A stretch of 32,000 nucleotides of DNA. It comes from an uncultured Chloroflexia bacterium. Its GTDB lineage: Bacteria; Chloroflexota; Anaerolineae; Anaerolineales; Anaerolineaceae. The notes under the pieces are model-generated. The model made no database searches. It saw only the letters and a program-made list of their open reading frames with translations, and was not told the origin of the DNA. This document shows positions 1 through 7,429 of the stretch, piece by piece. The stretch is taken from assembly GCA_963704755.1 (NCBI GenBank), contig OY969938.1, forward strand, positions 1,920,001-1,952,000. The letters run 5' to 3'. Each line of letters opens with the position of its first letter. Position 1 is the stretch's first letter. The translations under genes and the position numbers were made by a program.

Positions 1-1170
1 CGCCGCATGCTCGAAACGATCCGGGCTTCAGGCCACCAGGTCACTTTGCTGAGCACTTTCCCCTGCTCGCCCCCAGCCGATGTGGAGAAAATGTTCGTCC
101 TGCCGGTGGCGTTCAGCCGGTTTGCCTCCGGCCGGTCTTCGTCCGCCACCCGCACCACGGCCACCCCGGGGCGCAGCCGTATGTCGGCCCTGCGTAGATT
201 ATTGTTAACCGTGCGCTACCGCCTGGGCCCGTTCAGCGTGCGCAACTCAGTGCGCAGCTACCGCTCTATATTGCGCCAGGTCGAACCCGACCTGGTCCAC
301 GCCCTGCGCATCCCGTTCGAGGGGATGCTGGCCGGTTTTACCCCGGCCGAGATTCCGCTGGTGGTCTCGATTTGGGGCAATGACCTGACCCTGCACGCGG
401 GCAAGTCGGCCGGTATGGCCCGCCTGACTCGCCTGGCGCTGGCCCGCGCAGATGGGCTGCACAGCGATACCCTGCGGGACGTGCGCCTGGCCGCGCAGTG
501 GGGCTTCTTACCCGAAAAGCCTCACCTGGTGGTGCCCGGCAACGGCGGCATCGACCTGGACCGGCTGCAAGCCGGGTTGGCCGACCTGCCGGAAGAACTG
601 GCCGCGCGCATCCCAACCGGCCGGCCGCTGGTGATCAACCCGCGCGGCATCCGCGCCTACACCTGCACCGGCACCTTCTTCCAGGCCATTCCCCTGGTGC
701 TGGAGCGCTGCCCCGAGGCTGTTTTCCTCTGCCCGGGCATGCAGGGTGAAAGCGAAGCCATGGATTGGGTCGCGAGCCTGCACCTGGATGAGCATGTCGT
801 GCTGCTGCCGCTTTTGCCTCAGGCCCAATTGTGGAGCCTGTTTGCGCGCAGCCTGGTCTCAGTATCGGTCACCCACCACGACGGCACCCCTAACACCCTG
901 CTGGAAGCCATGGCCTGCGGGAGCTTCCCGGTCGCAGGCGACCTGGACAGCCTGCGCGAGTGGATCACCCCCGGCAGCAACGGCCTGCTGGTCGAGTCAA
1001 GCAAGCCCCAGTCTCTGGCCGAAGCCATTTTGCAGGGCCTGGATTCGGAAGACCTGCGTCGCAAGGCAGCCGAGGCCAACCGCCAATTGATTGCGGAAAA
1101 AGCCGCCGTCGAACAGGTTCGCCCGCAAATGGAAGCGTTTTACCAGGCCGTCGCACCCGTAAGAAATTAG
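1..1170 (+). CDS. Glycosyltransferase, GT-B fold group 1 (GT4-like), 5'-truncated by the window edge
   Basis: The reading frame is open from base 1 (cgc cgc atg), so the ATG at 7 is probably internal. The C-terminal motif LLEAMACGSFPVAGDLDSLREWI matches the E-x7-E / EAMAxG nucleotide-sugar binding region of group 1 glycosyltransferases. Stop codon at 1168-1170. Confidence 0.75.
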   Translation, partial: RRMLETIRASGHQVTLLSTFPCSPPADVEKMFVLPVAFSRFASGRSSSATRTTATPGRSRMSALRRLLLTVRYRLGPFSVRNSVRSYRSILRQVEPDLVHALRIPFEGMLAGFTPAEIPLVVSIWGNDLTLHAGKSAGMARLTRLALARADGLHSDTLRDVRLAAQWGFLPEKPHLVVPGNGGIDLDRLQAGLADLPEELAARIPTGRPLVINPRGIRAYTCTGTFFQAIPLVLERCPEAVFLCPGMQGESEAMDWVASLHLDEHVVLLPLLPQAQLWSLFARSLVSVSVTHHDGTPNTLLEAMACGSFPVAGDLDSLREWITPGSNGLLVESSKPQSLAEAILQGLDSEDLRRKAAEANRQLIAEKAAVEQVRPQMEAFYQAVAPVRN

Positions 1171-1201
1171 TGTGCCTGCTCAAGCCCTGATTAAGAAGTT
1201 A

Positions 1202-1254
1202 CCGGAATTAAGCTGTTTGCACTGGTTTCACCGATGCAAACAGCTTAGTTCCGG
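1202..1254. repeat. Long hairpin: 20-bp arms (one T/G position), 13-nt loop
   Basis: The left arm ccggaattaagctgtttgca (1202-1221) pairs with the right arm tgcaaacagcttagttccgg (1235-1254). The loop is ctggtttcaccga. It lies 32 nt after the GT stop codon and has no U-tract. Confidence 0.7.
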
Positions 1255-1447
1255 GGTTATTACTCGTTGGGCTGAGCATTTACGAATAAAACACTTAATT
1301 CGATCTGCTGGCCTCCCAGCCAATTCAAGAATCCCCCCAACCCCCTTGAAAAGGGGGCAAGAAACGGCGGGGTCTAGTAAAACAAGAGGTGCAGCAACCC
1401 GGCCAGGACAATCGCATCCTGCCAATTTAGTCCCAACAGAGAGATAA

Positions 1448-1492
1448 TTTTGAGTGTTATTGTAGCGCTACGCCCCACAATAACACTCAAAA
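1448..1492. repeat. Perfect 16-bp hairpin with 13-nt loop
   Basis: The arm ttttgagtgttattgt (1448-1463) is the exact reverse complement of acaataacactcaaaa (1477-1492). The loop is agcgctacgcccc. Confidence 0.7.
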
Positions 1493-1527
1493 ACCCATTC
1501 TTTGGGGAATTGCCCTCGAAAAGCAGG

Positions 1528-1552
1528 CAGGTTGCATTCGCCCTGCAACCTG
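1528..1552. repeat. 9-bp hairpin caggttgca / tgcaacctg with loop ttcgccc
   Basis: Exact complementarity is seen between 1528-1536 and 1544-1552. The hairpin sits immediately upstream of a TTGACA box. Confidence 0.5.
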
Positions 1553-1563
1553 GCCGAGGCATC

Positions 1564-1594
1564 TTGACAATCACGATACGGAATGGGGTAAAAT
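1564..1594 (+). promoter_or_regulatory. Candidate sigma70-type promoter for the ADP-ribosylglycohydrolase gene
   Basis: TTGACA at 1564-1569 and TAAAAT at 1589-1594. The 19-nt spacer is longer than optimal. A GAAGGAG Shine-Dalgarno at 1607-1613 precedes the ATG at 1623. Confidence 0.35.
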
Positions 1595-1622
1595 TAGCCC
1601 CACATAGAAGGAGCTTACCGTT

Positions 1623-2588
1623 ATGAATCCAGAAATTGCCGATCGCCTGCGCGGGATCGCAGTGGGCGCCGCCGTTGGGGATGCGCTCGGCATGCCGCTC
1701 GAATTCAGGATTGCCTCCCCGCCCGATAATTTTATTCGGACGATGCAAACGGGCCGCCTGCCCGCGGGTAGTTTTACCGATGATACCGAAATGGCTTTGG
1801 CCCTGGCGGAAAGCCTGCTGGTCGATCCAGCCCTGGACCCGCACGACCTGTCCCAGCGCTTCCTGGACTGGTACCGCCGCAATCCGCCGGACGTGGGCAT
1901 CCATACCAATGCCGTGATGCGCCGCCTCGCGGCCGGCATGTCCTGGCAGGAAGCGGCCAGGGACGTGCAGAGCAAGAACCCAACCAGTTCGGGCAACGGC
2001 TCGGTCATGCGCTGCTGGCCGGTGGCGGTATTCAACTGGGACGACCTGGACACGGTGGTGGCCCAGAGTCAGTTGCAAAGCCGGGTCACCCATCCGCATG
2101 AGGAATGCCTGGCCGGCTGCACCTTTGTGAACAGCATGATCTTTCACCTGCTGCACGGGTTGAGCGTGGGGGACGCTTACCAACGCTGCCTGAATACGGT
2201 CGATTTGCCGCCCGAGCTGCGCCAGACGATTTTGCTGGCTCCCCGGCGCAAGCGTGAGGAGCTGCGCAACACCGGCTGGGTGCGCCACACCATCGAAAGC
2301 GCCTTGTGGGGGGTCATGAACACGCACAGCTTCGAAGAGGCCCTGGTGCAAGTGATCAACCTGGGCGAGGATGCCGACACGGCCGGTACGGTGGCCGGGG
2401 CAATCGCCGGGGCCATGTATGGGCTGGAGTCGATTCCACCCGCCTGGAAGAATATGCTGCGGGGCGAATGGCCAATCGCATCCGGAAAAATGCTTTACCT
2501 GCCGGATTTCATCCGGTTGGCAGATGATCTCGCGGGCGGTTCCAATCAGGCCGCCCGCAGTTTGTTTCTAGAGGATAATGTAATTTAG
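1623..2588 (+). CDS. ADP-ribosylglycohydrolase family protein (DraG/ARH-like)
   Basis: N-terminal GAAVGDALGMPLEF, SFTDDTEMALALAESL and C-terminal GEDADTAGTVAGAIAGAMYG are the characteristic metal-binding Asp/Thr motifs of the family. The Shine-Dalgarno site is good. Confidence 0.88.
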   Translation: MNPEIADRLRGIAVGAAVGDALGMPLEFRIASPPDNFIRTMQTGRLPAGSFTDDTEMALALAESLLVDPALDPHDLSQRFLDWYRRNPPDVGIHTNAVMRRLAAGMSWQEAARDVQSKNPTSSGNGSVMRCWPVAVFNWDDLDTVVAQSQLQSRVTHPHEECLAGCTFVNSMIFHLLHGLSVGDAYQRCLNTVDLPPELRQTILLAPRRKREELRNTGWVRHTIESALWGVMNTHSFEEALVQVINLGEDADTAGTVAGAIAGAMYGLESIPPAWKNMLRGEWPIASGKMLYLPDFIRLADDLAGGSNQAARSLFLEDNVI

Positions 2589-2629
2589 AACTATCCGAAA
2601 ATCGGTAACTATTCAGGCTCCTGAAAAAT

Positions 2630-2692
2630 AAACCCTGAATTTGATGTGTTTGCGCGGGCTTCGCCCGCGCAAACACATCAAATTCAGGGTTT
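2630..2692. terminator. Perfect 30-bp palindrome (apex GGGC-TTC-GCCC) between convergent genes, a probable bidirectional terminator and repeat-family member
   Basis: aaaccctgaatttgatgtgtttgcgcgggc (2630-2659) is the exact reverse complement of 2663-2692. It lies between the stop codon of the + gene (2588) and the stop codon of the - gene (2773). Confidence 0.65.
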
Positions 2693-2772
2693 TCCCAGTC
2701 GGCTGAGTAGTTACAAAACTTCTATTATTGATACTTGGGGTAGTCCTCGGGGTTGAAAACCGAGCGACCGCT

Positions 2773-3933
2773 CTAACAATACTCTACCTGCACATCCTTA
2801 TTAAACCCGGTCAGCACGGCTGCGATCTGGTCGATCAGGTATCGCCGGATGGAGATGTTTTTGGGCAGGAGCGGGTTCTGATAGAACGGGTTGATCGACT
2901 GGCCGACCACGAACTGGACGGTATCGGCGACCAGCATCTCGCGCGCCAGCAGATAAGCCCCGTTGTTAGCCGCTTCCAGCCGGTCCAGGCTGCCGCCGGA
3001 CTTTTCCAGCAGGTCCAGCACGGCCGCCAGGGTCAGGATGCCCTCGGTGACCAGGTCGATGCCCGGCAGTTTGCCGATCGGCGGGACGGCGTCGTCCAGC
3101 GAGCTCATCACCGTCTCGACCTTGGTCTTCAGAAAACCGGCCACGATGTTGGCCGTGGTGCCGCCGCAAACTACCTTGCGGCCCTTAAAATCGAGCAAAC
3201 GATCCACGTAGACGTAATCAAAGCCGTTATCCAGAGGCGGGCCGCTAAACACCATCAAGGCGTTGCGTTTGCGCAGCAGCAGGCCCACAAAGGTCGCATC
3301 GTCGCCGGCCTTCCAGCCGTACAACTGGTTGGTCATGTTCATCACCCCGTTCACGATGGTGTGGGCGGCAAAGATACGGTTTTCGAAGCCGGCTTCGATG
3401 AACCTGGCCACGTTGTCCCAGCCCCAGCCGAAATTCATGGTCGTCCCCAGGCCGGCGTACAGCACGCCGTCACTGATCAGCCCGAGGAAATCGCCCATTT
3501 CCAGTTTACCTTCGGTCACCGAGATAGTCTTCTTGAGGATCTTTTCTTTAACACTCTCCAGCTTGACAATCTTGCCATTCTTCAGGTAAAAAGGCTCGGG
3601 GTTATCGAAGTTGATCACCCGGAAGGTGTCATCGAGATGGTTGACGATCAGGATGGTGAAGGTGGCGTAGGCGATATGGCGCTCTTTGCAGACCGGCAGC
3701 GTGCGAATGACCGTGTCGATCACCTCGCGCAGCTCGATCTTTTCACGCAGCATGGTGGTGATAATCTCGGTCGTCATGGTGGCCAGGATGTTGGCCTTGA
3801 CCCCGCTGCCCAGGCCGTCGGAAAGCACCACCGTGGTAATGCCGGCCGACTTGATCACCCGGACCTGGTCGCCGCACAGCTCCTCGCCGGACTTGTTCAA
3901 GTTGTGCTGGAAGATGTCCAGAAAGGCATCCAC
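2773..3933 (-). CDS. SpoIIE-type PP2C serine phosphatase with about 170-aa C-terminal domain of unknown function
   Basis: The PP2C metal-ligand motifs VLSDGLGSG, LISDGV and GDDATFVGL are present. The GTG start directly abuts the TAG of the upstream PAS gene, with AAGGAG 9 nt upstream. Size and architecture resemble the phosphatases found in hydrogenase regulatory loci (HfsC-like). Confidence 0.8.
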   Translation of the reverse strand: MDAFLDIFQHNLNKSGEELCGDQVRVIKSAGITTVVLSDGLGSGVKANILATMTTEIITTMLREKIELREVIDTVIRTLPVCKERHIAYATFTILIVNHLDDTFRVINFDNPEPFYLKNGKIVKLESVKEKILKKTISVTEGKLEMGDFLGLISDGVLYAGLGTTMNFGWGWDNVARFIEAGFENRIFAAHTIVNGVMNMTNQLYGWKAGDDATFVGLLLRKRNALMVFSGPPLDNGFDYVYVDRLLDFKGRKVVCGGTTANIVAGFLKTKVETVMSSLDDAVPPIGKLPGIDLVTEGILTLAAVLDLLEKSGGSLDRLEAANNGAYLLAREMLVADTVQFVVGQSINPFYQNPLLPKNISIRRYLIDQIAAVLTGFNKDVQVEYC

Positions 3934-4428
3934 CTAATACTGCTCCTTTTCGACCAGTTCCAGCAGCTTGAGCAGGCTGACCTTGGTTTCTGCGGTCGTT
4001 TCGCCCAGCAGGCTGGCGATCTTCTGGGCCACGCTCATCTGCTTATCCACCACCGCGTGAACCTTCAGGATCGTCTCGCGCTTGAGCACGTTCATTTCTT
4101 CGCGCTGCTTCCATTCGTGGGTCATATCCACCAGGATGCAGGCTACCACGCCTTCTTCGCGCACCGGGAAGATCACCCGCCGCAGGTAGAGCCCATACTG
4201 GGGATATTCCTTTTCCAGGCCGGCCATGGCTTCGCCGGTCTGCCAGACTTTCACGAAGTCGTTCATATCCCCCAGCCAATTCTCGGCCGGCTGGCCGAGA
4301 ATTTCATCGATGCTGCACTGGAACATCTTGCACAAGGCCGGGTTGACCACCTGGACCGTCATTTGCGGGTTGACCACCACCAGGCCGTTCGGGTCATAGT
4401 CCCACAGCAGTTCCCAGAGACTCTTCAT
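3934..4428 (-). CDS. Stand-alone PAS-domain protein with C-terminal helical tail
   Basis: The sequence has a PAS-like pattern (LLWDYDPNGLVVVNPQMTVQVVNPALCKMFQCSIDEILGQP ... VACILVDMTHEWK). A strong GGAGAGGAG Shine-Dalgarno site is present, and the gene is translationally coupled to the phosphatase. Confidence 0.65.
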   Translation of the reverse strand: MKSLWELLWDYDPNGLVVVNPQMTVQVVNPALCKMFQCSIDEILGQPAENWLGDMNDFVKVWQTGEAMAGLEKEYPQYGLYLRRVIFPVREEGVVACILVDMTHEWKQREEMNVLKRETILKVHAVVDKQMSVAQKIASLLGETTAETKVSLLKLLELVEKEQY

Positions 4429-4467
4429 GCGCGTATCTCCTCTCCTGAAGCACTTTCTGCGCCGGCG

Positions 4468-4794
4468 CTAGCGGCCCCAGCTTGATTCTACAGGCGAAGC
4501 ATTTTCCTTCAAAGTGATTTCCGCCCGCGGCTGAAGGCCCTCCAGGCGGGTGAGCACCTCATTGACCAATTTCTGGCGGACATTGCCCTTGTGAACGCCC
4601 AGGATCAGGTCGTCACCCAGTTTCAGCGCCACACCTTTGGCACACACGCCCAGGCAAAAGGCGCCTTTCAATTGCAGCCGGTTTTCCAGGTGATATTCGG
4701 CAAACAACGCCTGCAGTTCCGGCAGCACTTCATAGACACCTAACTGGTGGCAGGCGGACCCCATACAAATGTAAAGCGTTGGAAGATCATCCAT
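4468..4794 (-). CDS. Thioredoxin-like [2Fe-2S] ferredoxin (small NuoE-fold protein)
   Basis: The Cys pattern CMGSAC ... CLGVC (C-x4-C ... C-x3-C) is typical of thioredoxin-like 2Fe-2S ferredoxins found in HydABC/Hox-type loci. Confidence 0.7.
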   Translation of the reverse strand: MDDLPTLYICMGSACHQLGVYEVLPELQALFAEYHLENRLQLKGAFCLGVCAKGVALKLGDDLILGVHKGNVRQKLVNEVLTRLEGLQPRAEITLKENASPVESSWGR

Positions 4795-4822
4795 CGCAGC
4801 AACCTTTTTAGCAAATTGCTTT

Positions 4823-4867
4823 GGGTGCTTGTTTTGGGCGGCGAAACGCCGCCCAAAACAAGCACCC
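4823..4867. repeat. Perfect 21-bp palindrome (apex GGCG-AAA-CGCC) inside the operon, between the NuoF-like and ferredoxin genes
   Basis: gggtgcttgttttgggcggcg (4823-4843) is the exact reverse complement of 4847-4867. It lies in the 160-bp gap between 4794 and 4955. Confidence 0.75.
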
Positions 4868-4954
4868 TGAAATATCTTTTGGAATGGTTCTTATCTTACT
4901 TGGAAACTACTCAGGCAGGTTCAGTAGGGTGTTCCTTCTGCGCTGGCTGTGTAA

Positions 4955-6598
4955 TTACCTTACTTTCGAATAGACCGGGATCTCGACCGGAACCGGCTCG
5001 GTGTTGGCTCGAATTTTCTCCAGGTACTCCTCGCGGAAATAGCGCAGCGAGCTGAGGATCGGGTTGGGAGCCGCTTTCCCCAGGCCGCACAGGCTGGTCG
5101 AGGCCACCATTTCGCACAGGTATTCCAGCATCTCCAGGTCGGATTCGACCGCCTTGCCTTCGATAAATTTGTTCAACAAGTTGTAAATCTTCACATTTCC
5201 GATCCGGCAGGGGGTGCATTTCCCGCAGGATTCGTCCATGCTGAACTCCATGAAATACTTGGCCACGTTGAGGATGCTGGAAGTATCGTCGATGACGATG
5301 ATACCACCTGAACCCATGATCGAGCCCAAACGGTTCAAAGTTTCGTAATCCACCGGCGTATCCAGCAGCAATTCGGGGATGCAGCCGCCGGAAGGCCCGC
5401 CGGTCTGCACCGCTTTGAAGTCGTGCCCGTCCGGGACACCCCCGCCGATATCGTACACAATTTCACGCAGGGTGATGCCCATGGGTACCTCGATCAAGCC
5501 GGTGTTCTGGATCTTGCCGGTCAGGGCGAACACTTTTGTGCCCTTGCTCTTTTCGGTGCCGACCGAGGCAAACCAGGCTCCGCCATTGCGGATGATGTGC
5601 GGCACATTGGCATAGGTCTCGACGTTGTTGATCAGGGTCGGCCGGCCTTCCAACCCGCTGATCGAGGGGTAAGGCGGCCGCGAGCGCGGCGTGCCCCGGT
5701 CGCCCTCGATCGAATTGATCAGAGCCGTCTCTTCGCCGCAGACGAAGGCCCCCGCCCCCAGGCGGATGTCGATGTTGAACGAAAAGTCCGAGCCGGCGAT
5801 GTTCTCACCCAGCAGCCCGTTGCGTTCGGCCTGGCGGATGGCCACCTTGAGGCGTTTGACCGCCAGCGGGTACTCGGCGCGCACGTACACGTAGCCCTGC
5901 CGGGCCCCTACCGCATAGGCCGCGATGATCATGCCTTCCAGCACGGCGTGCGGGTCGCTTTCCAGGATCGAGCGGTCCATGAAAGCGCCCGGGTCGCCCT
6001 CGTCCGCGTTGCAGATCAGGTATTTCAAATCATTGGCCTGGTCGTGGACCAACTGCCATTTGGTGCCGGTGGGGAAACCGCTGCCACCGCGCCCGCGCAG
6101 CCCGCTGGACTTGATTTCATCTACAACCCCCTGCGGCGACATGGCCGTAATGGCTTTGACCTCACCCAGGTAGCCGCCCTGAGCGATGTAATCTTCGATC
6201 TTTTCCGGGTTGACTATGCCGGAATGTTTGAGGGTCACCTTGTGCTGGCGGGTGAAAAACGGTGTGGTGGTGTCGATGACCAGGCGTTTTACCGGCTGGG
6301 CATTGAGCGAATCGAGGATCTCCGGCACATCCTCGGGGGAGACGGTTTTGTAGAGGATGCCGTCTGGTTGAATCGAGACGATCGGCCCGGCCGCGCACAG
6401 CCCCATACAGCCCACCGGCTTGATGCCCACCACGTTCTCCAGGCCGCGCTGCTTGATCTCTTTTTCCAGGCTGGCGATAATCAGCGAACTGTTCGATGAA
6501 ACACAGCCTGTACCGGTGCACACGTGGATTACGTGCTGGTAGCGCGCCTGCATTTCGTGTTCCTTTTCAGCAATTTGGTTCAGCGTTGACTCATCCAT
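4955..6598 (-). CDS. NuoF/HoxF-like NAD(H)-binding flavoprotein (51-kDa family) with N-terminal thioredoxin-like 2Fe-2S domain
   Basis: N-terminal CTGTGC ... CMGLC. FMN site GLRGRGGSGFPTG. NADH site GAGAFVCGEETALI. N3 4Fe-4S motif SCGKCTPCR ... C. There is no C-terminal 2x[4Fe-4S] extension. The start overlaps the upstream gene by 8 nt. Confidence 0.9.
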   Translation of the reverse strand: MDESTLNQIAEKEHEMQARYQHVIHVCTGTGCVSSNSSLIIASLEKEIKQRGLENVVGIKPVGCMGLCAAGPIVSIQPDGILYKTVSPEDVPEILDSLNAQPVKRLVIDTTTPFFTRQHKVTLKHSGIVNPEKIEDYIAQGGYLGEVKAITAMSPQGVVDEIKSSGLRGRGGSGFPTGTKWQLVHDQANDLKYLICNADEGDPGAFMDRSILESDPHAVLEGMIIAAYAVGARQGYVYVRAEYPLAVKRLKVAIRQAERNGLLGENIAGSDFSFNIDIRLGAGAFVCGEETALINSIEGDRGTPRSRPPYPSISGLEGRPTLINNVETYANVPHIIRNGGAWFASVGTEKSKGTKVFALTGKIQNTGLIEVPMGITLREIVYDIGGGVPDGHDFKAVQTGGPSGGCIPELLLDTPVDYETLNRLGSIMGSGGIIVIDDTSSILNVAKYFMEFSMDESCGKCTPCRIGNVKIYNLLNKFIEGKAVESDLEMLEYLCEMVASTSLCGLGKAAPNPILSSLRYFREEYLEKIRANTEPVPVEIPVYSKVR

Positions 6599-7103
6599 GG
6601 TTAAGCCACTCCTCGATTTTGCCTTTCATCTCGTCCACTGACATTTTTCCGGTAATCTTGCCGTCCAGGATCATCACCGGGGCCAGGCCGCAGGCGCCCA
6701 GGCAGCGCGCAGTCAGGAAAGAAAGCTTGTTGTCGCTGGTGGTCTGGTTGGGATCCAGGCCGTATTTTTCTTTCATGTATTCGACGATTTTGTCGTTGCC
6801 TTTGACGTAACAGGCCGTGCCGGTGCACAGGATCAGCGAATGTTCGCCGGCCGGCTTGCTGGTAAAACTGTTATAGAAGGTCGCGACGCCGTAAACTTTG
6901 GCCAGGGGCACTTTTAATTCCTGGGCCACGTAAGCCATGGCGTCCGGGTCGATGTAGCCGAATAAATCCTGGATCACGTGCAGGGTCTGGATCAAGGACC
7001 TGGGCGAGAATTTGTTATTCTTCATGGTGACGTACACCAGTTTCCAGCGGCGGTCACTCAGGTCCACTTCAATGCGAGTATGGGTAGGGGTAGCGATGGT
7101 CAT
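6591..7103 (-). CDS. NuoE/HoxE-like 24-kDa-family [2Fe-2S] subunit
   Basis: CTGTACYVKG ... CLGACGLAPVM is the Complex I 24-kDa / 2Fe-2S thioredoxin-like signature. The 170-aa size is typical of HoxE/HydC. Confidence 0.88.
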   Translation of the reverse strand: MTIATPTHTRIEVDLSDRRWKLVYVTMKNNKFSPRSLIQTLHVIQDLFGYIDPDAMAYVAQELKVPLAKVYGVATFYNSFTSKPAGEHSLILCTGTACYVKGNDKIVEYMKEKYGLDPNQTTSDNKLSFLTARCLGACGLAPVMILDGKITGKMSVDEMKGKIEEWLNHG

Positions 7104-7146
7104 AACTTAAATTTCCTTTTGTTGGAAATAGAGATTTAAGAAGAAG

Positions 7147-7309
7147 AACCACAGAGCACACAGAGTTCACAGAGTAAAGAAAGAAAAGAAAAAATTTGCT
7201 GTTTGAAAGAACAATGGCTTAAAGTGGATCGGCCCGGTCTCCAGACCGAGGCCGCTCTTCTGCTCTGGTCAGAAAGACTAACCACGGAGGCACGGAGAAC
7301 ACGGAGAAG
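7147..7309. repeat. Composite dispersed element, copy A: triple heptad (CACAGAG x3), purine-rich spacer, 33-nt core, then triple heptad (CACGGAG x3)
   Basis: aaccacagagcacacagagttcacagag at 7147-7174. Core gatcggcccggtctccagaccgaggccgctctt at 7227-7259. aaccacggaggcacggagaacacggagaag at 7280-7309. The same core, and the CACGGAG triplet (one of its two flanking triplets), recur in the second copy at 23604-23753. Confidence 0.8.
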
Positions 7310-7382
7310 AATTTTTTGGGGAAGGAAATTGCACATGACAGCAAAATTTCCTACCATTTAATCTTTTCCATAAAAATCTTTC

Positions 7383-7409
7383 CTCCGTGTTCTCCGTGCC
7401 TCCGTGGTT
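7383..7409. repeat. Inverted copy of the CACGGAG triple heptad (27-bp perfect inverted repeat with 7280-7306)
   Basis: ctccgtgttctccgtgcctccgtggtt is the exact reverse complement of aaccacggaggcacggagaacacggag. The arms are separated by 76 nt. Confidence 0.85.
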
Positions 7410-7429
7410 GATTTCTCTTTGTTAATTTC

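Noticed and set aside
1172-1447. 91-aa ORF on the + strand
   Set aside because: It spans two hairpin repeats and a C-tract/G-tract hairpin. It has no Shine-Dalgarno site and looks like translated repeat sequence.
1374-2351. 325-aa ORF on the - strand
   Set aside because: It is antisense to the ADP-ribosylglycohydrolase gene and runs through the hairpin-rich intergenic region. No motifs are present.
2728-4485. 585-aa ORF on the + strand
   Set aside because: It is antisense to the well-supported PP2C and PAS genes. The translation is low-complexity and rich in D/Q/H/G/R, with no recognisable motifs. This is a typical high-GC antisense artefact.
5423-6499. 358-aa ORF on the + strand
   Set aside because: It is antisense to the NuoF-like gene, whose FMN, NADH and FeS motifs are unambiguous. 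The ORF has no motifs of its own.
4955-7103. Calling these genes hoxE/hoxF or hydC/hydB and inferring a hydrogenase in the window
   Set aside because: No large or small hydrogenase subunit, HoxU or H-cluster protein is encoded here. The NuoEF fold alone does not identify the catalytic partner, so I assigned no gene symbols.
7136-7357. 73-aa ORF on the - strand in the NuoE-like upstream region
   Set aside because: It is composed of translated heptad repeats and the 33-nt core, with no Shine-Dalgarno site. The equivalent repeat copy at 23604-23753 is not in an ORF.
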